Assembly: GCA_002269645.1 (NCBI GenBank)
Contig: NIVC01001717.1
Location: 1-34,875, forward strand
Reading direction: 5' to 3'
DNA: 34,875 nucleotides
From: Macrostomum lignano
Lineage: Eukaryota
Below are positions 23,569 to 34,875 of the stretch, one piece after another. A program made the translations under genes and the position numbers. The notes beneath the pieces are model-generated. The model was not told the origin of the DNA and did no database searches. It saw nothing but the letters and a program-made list of their open reading frames with translations. Each line of letters opens with the position of its first letter. The stretch's first letter is position 1.

Positions 23569-26502
23569 CTACAATTGCGACTGCCGATAAGCCGCCGGCA
23601 GGCGCACAGATTCAAAGCTGCTGCCGCGGTCGCTGCCGTCTCCGGCCTCCGACCCCGACGACGCTGCCGATTCAGACGAGGACGCAGTCGATGCGGTCGC
23701 TTCGCCGTCAGCTTGCCGCCGCTTCTGTCGCCGCCGACTCCGCCGCCGTTTCTGCTGCTTCTGCTGTTGCTGCTGCTTGCGCTGACCGTTGCTGCTCCCG
23801 GCGGGAGGCCGCTTCTGCGGCGCGAACCGGAGTCGCCGATCGTCCTCAGTGGCGAAGGCGGCCGGATCCAGCCGGCGGGCGGCCAGCGCTTCAAACAGCT
23901 TGCCGCCGGCCGGGGTAGCGGAGGTCTCGCAGCCGGCGCCAAGCTCGGCGTAAAATGGCGATTGGGCGAGGTCGGGAGGCTGGCCAAGCGTCGGCGCGGG
24001 TTCTTCTGCAGCAGCTGCTCGACGGTGTAGCGGCACTGCCAGCTCAGCCGGCCGGGCGTCTCGTATTCGTGACCGCGGATCATCTGCGCCATCTGCCGGT
24101 GCGACCGGGCGCCGTGCAGCGGGAACTGCGGGGAGAGGTGTGGGATTGGTGTGGGGTGTGAGGTGTGGGATTAGTGTGGGTATGAGGTTTGGGATTAGTG
24201 TGGGGTATGAGGTGTGGGGTGTGAGATTTGTGTGGGATTGGTGTGGGTTGTGAGATGTATTGGTGTGGGTTGTGAATGATTGGTGAGATGATTGAATTAC
24301 ACGTTGAACAAAACAGAATCTACACGTGAACAGAAAGAGCCAGATTGTGAATCACAGAATCTACACGTGAACAGAAGGAGCCAGATTGTGAATCACAGAA
24401 TCTACACGTGAACAGAAAGAGCCAGATTGTGAATCACAGAATCTACACGTGAACAGAAGAGCACAGATTGTGAATCACAGAATCTACACGTGAACAGAAA
24501 GAGCCAGATTGTGAATCACAGAATCTACACGTGAACAGAAAGAGCCAGATTGTGAATCACAGAATCTACACGTGAACAGAAGGAGCCAGATTGTGAATCA
24601 CAGAATCTACACGTGAACAGAAAGAGCCAGATTGTGAATCACAGAATCTACACGTGAACAGAAAGAGCCAGATTGTGAATCACAGAATCTACACGTGAAC
24701 AGAAAGAGCCAGATTGTGAATCACAGAATCTACACGTGAACAGAAAGAGCCAGATTGTGAATCACAGAATCTACACGTGAACAGAAAGAGCCAGATTGTG
24801 AATCACAGAATCTACACGTGAACAGAAAGAGCCAGATTGTGAATCACAGAATCTACACGCTAGAACAGAGATACATAAAGACCGTGAAAGCACAGACAAC
24901 GCACCCGCATAGGTGAGGGTGCCGCAGATAGTCCTAGTGTTTTGTCCTCGCTTAAGCCACTTGCACAATCCGAAGTCCACCAGGACCGGATGGCCGGCAG
25001 CGTCCAGTACGACATTCTCCAGCTTCAAGTCCCGGAAGATCACACCGCGGCTATGCAGAAAGTCCAAGCAGCAGGCCAGTTCGGCAACATAGAACCTGGC
25101 CAGAGGCTCCGAATAGCGGCCGTGCCTGCGCCAGTCGGCAAACAGCTCCCCATTAGGCAGGAACTGCAGCAGCAGGTAGAGCCGCTTCCTAGTCTGCCAG
25201 TGGCACTGCAGAGCGGCCACGAAAGTCGAATAGCCGATAGCCAGTTGGACTCCGACTTCGTCTTTGCTTTGGCGGACGACGCCGTGGCCCTGGGATAGTA
25301 GGCGGGCCTTGTCGATCACCTTCAACGCGTACAGCTGCTTGTCATCCTCGGAGCGAACTTTTAACACGTTGCCGAATGCGCCGGCAGAGATCACGTCGAG
25401 TACCTGAGCGCATGCATAAGATGATTCGATTTTTATGTTAAATACGAGCATACATGCGCGCGAGGTCTACTGCAAGTAGAAATGAAAACATTTTACATAG
25501 GGAGACGAAGATTTTAGAATCAGATATTTACGAACTATAATAAGTGTATAGATGGGCCACTTAGGCTTATTGACTAGATAAAACAGTTTCACTACTTTCA
25601 GTTCAGTAGCAAAGAAGAACATGTAAGCTATTTTAAGAAAAGAAAAAGCAACTGGAAAGACTTGTTGACGTAAAAAGTAACTTGCTATTGGTTGGTGCAA
25701 GCTCCATTAAGATGTGCATCACAGCAGCTTTAGGTGGAACACAGAGTAAGGCCAATAAAATAGATGGGTGCAAGGGCGCCGTTAAGCTAATAGTTAGGTG
25801 GGCCAATAAATGAGCTTTGTTTAAAATAAATTAAAACGCTTCCATATTACTTGCTGCTGAACTGAAAGTAGCTTACACGTAAATGTGCTGAATGGCACAC
25901 CTAGTTATTATACAGTATCCAGTCCAGTTACTATCACATGCAGGAGATTGGACCAAATTTTTGGAATCGAACCCCCGGGTCCTCCTCTGACGCTTCCAAG
26001 CTCACTTCAAGCTCGCCGAGTTCGTGCGGCCCCGGTCGCACGGGGAACTCCGGCAGGAACAGCGACTCGATGAACGGCACGGGCCATTTCGACTTCGATC
26101 CGCCAAACGGATCGCCAAGTGTAGATTGTTGAATGCACGACGGCTGCCGCGATTCCAGCGGTCAGCCAGCTCAGAAACTGGCGCTGCTGAGCCAGCCATA
26201 ATCTGATGCTGTTGCTCAGGCTGCGGCTGCTGCTGCTGATGCTCAGACTCCAGCTCCGGTTCCGGTGGAGTTGCCAATCGATTTTGCTCGGCCCCGCTAA
26301 CCAGCTCGTCAGCGTCCACGCCGTCAGCTCTGGCGACGCCGAGCCCCGACGAGGCCGCCCGGCCGCTGTGCGACCTGAAGCTCAGGCGGGAGGCCCAGCG
26401 GCGGATGCGGCGAAAAGACGACTGGCGCAGGCGGTGCAGCGAGGCGAAGCTGTGCTCTCGGGCACCCCCACGCTCGTAAACGACGCCCTGCCGGTTGCCC
26501 AT
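23569..26502 (-). CDS. RSKR: RSKR/SgK494-like (S6 kinase-like, AGC) Ser/Thr kinase; disrupted as assembled
   Basis: Exon 26502-26006 starts MGNRQG and contains the family motif SKSKWPVPFIESLFLPEFP (human EWPVPQFINLFLPEFP). Exon 25403-24905 has ISAGAFGNV, YALKV, FRDLKLEN, DFG and ICGTLTYA. Exon 24125-23569 has FPLHGARSH..QLLQKNPRRRL. Frameshifts are needed near 26134 and 23975, and no APE/DWW exon is present. Confidence 0.85.
24316..24860. repeat. Minisatellite, 41-bp unit CACAGAATCTACACGTGAACAGAAAGAGCCAGATTGTGAAT, in a kinase intron
   Basis: About 13 near-identical copies. An adjoining degenerate GT-rich tract spans about 24135-24290. Confidence 0.95.
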
Positions 26503-26763
26503 GACAACCAAAACAAAGCTGGCGTCTCTCGATCTCGATGTCTGCGCACTGTTTTGTTATAGCTTTTTACTCTTTTTTAGTGTACCAATTGTCTCTGTAG
26601 GGTTGATTGATGAAGCATCAGGTATGATTTGATAGGAATGAAAAATTGCATATTCTTTTCCTCCATGTCTTGTGTTGCATCTATTCTAGCCAATGTAATC
26701 TTTAGTTTAGTTAATAGATTATAACCAGTGTAATTATATTTATATTCAACAGCTTTTTATATT

Positions 26764-27180
26764 CAGCTGCTAAGGGTTAAGGAGCACTGTACAAGAACTA
26801 GCGATGTGTACGACCACCTCCTTATGTGCAACCAATGCACTAAAGTTAGGTATGCTGAGAAATTTGAAATTATCGATTGTAACTGCCAGAGTATGAAGTT
26901 GTCTACTCTTGAGGCATTGTACATTAAATAGCTAAAGCCCACCATGAACATCTAACTTGGTGGTAGAGGGGCGAGTGTCTATCTAAAAGTGTTCTAACCC
27001 TATGTGCTTGCCTCTTATTTAGGGCCAACTAACTCTGCATACCCATACTTGCATCATTTTGGCTTACTAGACTTAAAAATTTACCATCTCTTTGCATCAA
27101 TATTATTGCCTGAAGATGCCAATTGTTTGGCAAAACATGTCGCACAAAGATTAATCCATAAAAAAATCAATAATAAACAT
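26764..27180 (+). mobile_element. Decayed Penelope-like element 3' fragment (GIY-YIG endonuclease C-terminus plus 3' region)
   Basis: The frame from 26764 reads LLRVKEHCTRTSDVYDHLLMCNQC..FEIID..LSTLEALYIK*LKPTMNI*LGGRGASVYLKVF*. This matches the PLE pattern R.KEH..S.V..H...C..F.I....EALYI...P..N, with two in-frame stops (26929, 26953). Confidence 0.8.
27107..27144 (+). ncRNA. Degenerate minimal type I hammerhead ribozyme (PLE-associated), core G12 mutated to A
   Basis: TGC-CTGAAGA-T-GCCAA[TTGT]TTGGC-AAAAC-AT-GTC/GCA: stem I TGC/GCA, 5-6 bp stem II, palindromic ACATGT stem III, GUC cleavage triplet. GAAAC reads AAAAC at 27132. Confidence 0.65.
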
Positions 27181-27614
27181 ATATTTAGCTTATTTTAGTA
27201 TAGACTTATAAGACTTAAATTCAATTAAGGGTTAGGGCCTATACTTGTAGCCAGAAAATTGAAGATGCTCTATCCATTTTAACTTTTTAATATATATAAA
27301 ATATACTAAAATTTAGGCTATATGATTAAAATAAAATAGGGGAAATAATGCAAACTTAATACAAAATTGAACAGTAATGATTAGTCTAACCAATCTGCTT
27401 GTGCTTGTCTGCCTGTGCTATGCTATATATTGAGACTAAGTATGCATTAATGCTGCTATATGACTATGCCTCTTCTTTTTTCTTTTTTGAATTTTCCTAT
27501 ATAATCTATATATAACATGAGTGTAGTCAGTTTATTGAAATATATTAGTAAAGAAAGTTTGGTCTCCAAATTTGGAAGTGTCAGCCAATATATTGATATG
27601 AATGAGCCTATAGT

Positions 27615-28974
27615 CAGTGTTGGGCAAGTTGGCTTCAAAGGTAACGAGCTCGCCGACTCCCTCGCTAAGGCGGGGTGTTCCGGCTCGCTCCTTGGCCCCG
27701 TGCCCCTGGCCCCCATCCCCGCCACAGTCATTAATCGTCAGATTAACGACTGGGCGGACATCCTGCACTTGCGCAGATGGGATGGTATCTCCAACTGCCG
27801 CCAATCTCGTGCAGCAGTGCCCAATCCGTCCCTTAAGCTGCGGAGAATCCTTTTGAACCAAAATCGAAAAGATATCCGCGCTCTCACTATGACCTTCACA
27901 GGTCACGGTTGCTTTGCCAGGCACTGTTTCCTCCGAAGTGCCCGCCGGAGCGAACTCTGCCCTTTCTGCAACCTTGAGAACGAAGACGCCAAGCACTTCA
28001 TCTGCCACTGCCCGGCCTTCAACCAAGACCGGCTCAACCACCTCGGACCCAACCCGTCCCTGGACGACGTTTGCCGGCCCGAGAACATCCCACGGCTCAT
28101 CCGGTTCCTCCGGGCCACCAAGCGAGCCTCCGTCTTCCCCACCGAAGACAACGCTGCTGACAGGACCGGCAGACCTCCCTGACCGGCCCCGCGCCCTAGC
28201 CTATGCGGGTCTTTCAGGGATTAGCGGAATGGGCGACGCTCGCCTCCCCGCTGCGTCTTCGGACCGCCCTGCAGCTAAGTCAAGTAAGTCAAAGTTGGGC
28301 AAGTTACTTTGAAAAAGTAACTTCCAATTAAGTAACTTCCAGTTCCAGGGAAAGTAACTTTTGGCACTTGTTCCAGTACCGGTACTTTTTATAAAAAGTA
28401 ACTTCCGGTACTTTCATTACTGGTCCTTTATTTTAAAGAATGGCCAATTATTAAGTGCTCAAACATGTCTTTATGAAAAAAAACAAAAATTATTTGTTGG
28501 TCGAGACTTATACATGCTGTTATTCCTCAAAAAAGATGCTACATAATATTTTTTTATTATTGCATCCAAAATTTGAGTGAATAAACAAAACCTTTACAAA
28601 ACAATGATTAGCAGCATCTGATATATCAGGACGCTATAGTCGTGATTTGTAGAAAAAAATTTGGAGGCCAAATTTCAAATTTCAACTTAAAAGATAAAAA
28701 CCACACAAACTATGATCATCTCTTTTTTACCTTTTTATAATTGTACTGAGTATTTTGGTAAAAGTTTAGCGCTTTTGGGAAATTTTAGTGCTAAATTGGC
28801 TGTTTATCAGCTAAAATTTCAGTTTAAAGTGCCGGAGGACTGGATTTATCAAAAAGTAACTTCTGTTACCCTAGTCTGACATTCTGAAAAAAAGAACTAG
28901 AAAAAAGTGCCACTTTAAAAAAGTAACTATTGATACTAAAAGTGCCAAAAGTGCCGGAACTTTGCCCAACACTG
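27615..28974. mobile_element. Non-autonomous hAT element (TIR CAGTGTTGGGCAA), interrupted by a LINE
   Basis: TIRs CAGTGTTGGGCAAG / CTTTGCCCAACACTG; exact 8-bp TSD CCTATAGT at 27607-27614 and 28975-28982; subterminal AAGTAACT repeats. Confidence 0.88.
27631..28293 (+). mobile_element. 5'-truncated non-LTR retrotransposon (RNase H C-terminus and Cys-His motif; LOA/R1/I-like)
   Basis: GFKGNELADSLAKAG (RNase H end), LTMTFTGHG and CPFC..EDAKHFICHCP; stop at 28182; TAAGTCAAG tandem tail; 12-bp TSD GTTGGGCAAGTT at 27619-27630 and 28294-28305. Confidence 0.9.
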
Positions 28975-30282
28975 CCTATAGTAATACTAGGCCCTATTTG
29001 ATTCTATAATCTTACTTTTATTAGCAATACAATTATAAGTTTTATTAGGAAAAAGTTGTTCCACTCTTTCTAAAATGAAAAAAGATTGATAAAGTCTATA
29101 AGTATAAAGTAAATTAAGTACAAAATAAAAATAATATGCAATACTTGCAAATTAAATTTCCTATAGTATGTGCAAGTGCAATGTTTCAGTGGCAGTTTAG
29201 AATATATCATTGAAATAAAAAAATCTATTTTATATTGCAGTTAAAAATAAAAGCTTTTAGGCCTATTCAATTTTATATTGCAGTAAAAAAATTACATTTT
29301 ATTTTATAACTCCATACTTTTACACCAACTATGATCAGAAGATAAATAAATAGGCTAGCCACCTATGATTCATGAAAAAAGCTAGCTACTCTATGAATTT
29401 CTTATATTCAAGCAAAATATGATATATTATGACAATATTTATATTTTCAGTTTATAATAGATAGATAGATACCGACAGACCATTTTTAGTATATGGATCT
29501 TTTGAGTTAAAAACCACAGCTCAGGTTCATCTGAGATGCTAGCTCGATCAATTTTGTATAATTGCAACCAGTTTTCTTCATTTGACAGTTAAATGAAATT
29601 TCGACCTGCTTTCGTTTGGATGGACACGGATGGCTAGCATTGAATAAAGAATGAACGTTTAGCTCATACTACAAGGAAGTCACAAATTAAGATTGTGTAC
29701 ACATAAAAAGCAAACCAAGCCGTTTGGTATTGGTATAATGTCTAAATGAAAACGATTCATAAAATTTATGAAATGTAAATTTTCTTCCCAGAATTTAGCA
29801 TTGTGAAAAATAAAAGGAACTCATTTTTGCCTCTATCAGGCATATGCAACTTTAAACGTTCTGCATTTGATACTTGAATATTTTAGAGCAAAATTTAATA
29901 AAATGAAGTTTTTAAATGGTACTTTATATGTTTCGTTAGATTTTGTTAAGCAGGTTTTTTATTTTTACCGGTTTACCGGTTTACCGGTTTACTTTACACA
30001 GGCACGACAATTGACTGCAAAAATTGATATACATACACTGTTATTGGGTTATGGTTAGGGTTAAATTGATAGGGTTTAGGTTTGCATGAGTTATATTGTA
30101 AGAAACTACATGTATGGTTGGTTTATGATGGGGCCCAGTTTAATTAAGTTATAGCGGCAGTCATGCAATTCGTGGAAACCAAATAATTCAACCCAATTAG
30201 TAATAGATTTGCAGACCCTATCTAGATTCAACAAAAAATCAAATTATGGGGATAACACCTTCTATCTCATATAGTCACAGGG

Positions 30283-31297
30283 TAGGGATTGCAATCCCGG
30301 GATCCCGAATCCCGGGATCCCGGACACTTTTTGGCCTGACGGAATCCCGGGATTAGGGGCTTGCACGCATAGCAAAATTACGTATCCAATAGAAAGTGGG
30401 ACGTCTCCAATACGTAACTTTTTTGGTTGCAGGAACGTCTTTGATACGTATCCAATTTTTATGATCCTCTAAAGAAGCTCGTTTCAACAAAAATGGTGAA
30501 CAGATAATGCTTGTAATTTTATTGATTATTTATTCCACCGTTTTTGTAGAAACGAGCTTCTTTAGAGGATCATAAAAATTGGATACGTATCAAAGACGTT
30601 CCTGCAACCAAAAAAGTTACGTATTGGAGACGTCCCACTTTCTATTGGATACTAATTTTGCTATGCGGGTTGGGATCCCGGGATTGGAAACTTTTTGATT
30701 GAGTGGGGGATATCCATAATACATTACACAAAGTAACATTCGCGCGTCGTGATCATGAGTCGTGATCGTGACGTGACTCTCGATTCTCAAATCGTGATAC
30801 AATACAAATTATACAATACATACAATTACATGCAAGTCTCAAACTTGTGAATTACTTGTGTAACTTGTGAAGTGAGGTTGTGTAACTTGTGTTATGTACA
30901 CAAAAGCATTGAAAAATGACTGGGAGATAATTTTGCATGCATGTATAGTATTACGATTACGAGCTCGTAAGTTACAAGTGTAGAAAATAACAAAACAAGA
31001 AAAGAAACCATTATATATTAGATAATAGATACTCGGTAATGCTGTCAAGTCAAGAAATATGAAAATTATTACACACTATTACTGCTTTACACATTCGTGT
31101 TCTCGTTTTTTAGTAAAATCAAAAAGAAAAGTTATTACTTTTAAAAAACGTTTAAAAGAAGCGGGTTTTCTGGCATTCTGTCGGCAAAAATATTTAAAAT
31201 GTCAATCCCGGGATTGGGTCCGGGATCCCGGATTGAGTCGATCATTGCTTCGTCCGGGATCCCGGGATCGTAGAACAGTCGGGATTTGCAATCCCTA
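30283..31297. mobile_element. Non-autonomous hAT element (TIR TAGGGATTGCAA) with subterminal ATCCCGGGAT repeats
   Basis: TIRs TAGGGATTGCAA / TTGCAATCCCTA; 8-bp TSD GTCACAGG at 30274-30281 (one extra G before the TIR) and 31298-31305; 1015 bp. Confidence 0.85.
30366..30667. repeat. Near-perfect ~134-bp inverted repeat (302-bp foldback) inside the hAT element
   Basis: Arm 30366-30499 is the reverse complement of about 30533-30667, separated by a ~33-bp AT-rich spacer. Confidence 0.9.
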
Positions 31298-32758
31298 GTC
31301 ACAGGCACTTTCCCGACGCGGGCCAAATTTTATGTCGGCAAGCATGCAATTATCATGCGAGCCAATAATATCGGCGGGCATATTTCGGCGAGCAAACTTC
31401 GGTGGGAAAAAGGAGTAACTAACCTGCCAGCTTAGTGTCTCAATTTCACATCAGATTTCACGTACAATATACGTACAATCCATAAATTGCAAATTTGCAT
31501 TTTTGTCGCTGGCCCAACCTGTCTTTTTGTTTCGGATGTAAGGAAGGCTTATTATGCAGCGACACATGTGTGACGGTTTGAACTGTTGTAGATCGTTTTG
31601 TGTGCCGTCGTTGTGAAAGTCTTTACAAAAGAATAATTATTAATTATTGTATCAAATTGTTCATCTTGTGGCGGCCAGACTACGCGACCGGCAGCACCAG
31701 TGCAGCCGCACTGGAAACCCCTCCCCGCCTCTGTCTAGCTGAGGTGGGGTGGGTACGCGCCAAGCTAGCCGGCTCGCTAAGCCGGGGGGGTTGGCGTAGC
31801 CAAGCACGCCATGCCACCTTTTCGCACCTCCCTTGGCCCCTCAATCCTCAGCCCCTGTTTGTTATAATCATATAAATACACGCGCAACGCAGTGCAGAAT
31901 CTTGGCTGCCATACCATCTATCGAACTAAAAGGCCTTCCGCCTCAATCTGTATGTATTGTTTGATATTTTAAGCAGTTTTAGTTTACGCTCTTTTTGTTT
32001 AAATCTCTATACTTAAATTTCAAATTACTATATAAAACGTTTTGAATTTCGCCTCCAAGTTGGTTGTTTGGTTGGTCGCTCGATCGTCGCTCTTGAGTCT
32101 TGGCCTTGCACTGGCTCTAATACTTTTAATAGATAAATATATTGAATAGTTCGACAGTATTTCGACAGCTCGACCCTGTACCGCCTCGCTTAGTTTGCTA
32201 CACTTGTTCATTACTCGTATATATGTGGGTCATGATAGACCGCTACGCCACTCATCAACATCAGTCGTCAGCAAAAGAAAATTAGGCCTACAACTTCGTC
32301 ACACATGTATGTATTGACAGCGTATATTTTCTGTGCAATGCCCCGAATCGACATCGAAAGCACGTGCAATAGTAAATATAGATTACCAGTTTTTAAATCA
32401 AACGGAAAAATTATTGTACAGAATCAATTAATATCATGATGCGTCATAGTTTGAACCGAACTTTTGGGTTTTTCAGTGACAGCTGAGAATCTTTGCCGTG
32501 TCATTCTTTGATCTGATCGTTTTTGATCCCAGCCTTGACCTCATTCCCATAACCGCATTTCTGACCCCAGCCTTGGCTTCATTCCCGCAATTTATTGTTT
32601 ATTTAGCAATTCATTTAGCAATTTATTGTTGCCGAGTTGATGAGTTCAATGAGTTGTTGATCATCACTAATGAGAATTATTTCGCATGCGCAATGAGTAT
32701 ATCGCAGGTCCTCATCGATTCTAACAGCAAATTTTCATCGGAGACACTCAATCAGTAG

Positions 32759-34722
<1,964 letters not shown>

Positions 34723-34875
34723 TCGAACTCGCTACTTATTGGCTTTCATGCAAACCAACAATGACTTCATCGTGATTTAATTTAAAATTAAAAAATTTTG
34801 TTGTGCTTATGATGAATCAATTTCCTTTGATTTGCAATTGTTCACTAATACTACTTACTGAGATTCCCTTCAATG

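Noticed and set aside
109-24860. CRISPR-like appearance of the 21-41 bp repeats
   Set aside because: Units are head-to-tail with no unique spacers, there are no cas genes, and the context is eukaryotic.
27517-27630. N-terminal part of the 221-aa ORF 27517-28182 as a host gene
   Set aside because: Chimeric read-through of flanking DNA and the hAT TIR into the truncated LINE frame.

Overview
Eukaryotic (animal) genomic DNA with spliced genes. GC-rich exons, short introns and about 27% minisatellite content suggest a free-living flatworm such as Macrostomum (inference only). Genes assembled by hand: (1) an intact 8-exon LRSAM1 E3 ligase (minus, 8960-1039); (2) a tentative orphan secreted protein (minus, 16036-15222); (3) a 2-exon prepro-peptide whose mature part is a cationic 6-Cys defensin/mytilin-like peptide with an amidation signal (plus, 17416-17808), not shown whole in the ORF track; (4) an RSKR/SgK494 (S6K-like) kinase (minus, 26502-23569) with two apparent -1 frameshifts and no APE/DWW exon; (5) a type II membrane TNF-superfamily ligand (minus, about 34722-32759) with an in-frame TGA just before the TM helix. 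Mobile DNA: five non-autonomous hAT-type elements with 8-bp TSDs, a 5'-truncated RNase H LINE nested in one of them, a tRNA-derived SINE, a decayed Penelope-like GIY-YIG fragment with a mutated hammerhead ribozyme, and a 302-bp foldback. There are twelve unrelated tandem arrays and a 3-kb stretch almost devoid of CpG. Homologue comparisons are from memory of family motifs; no database search was run.
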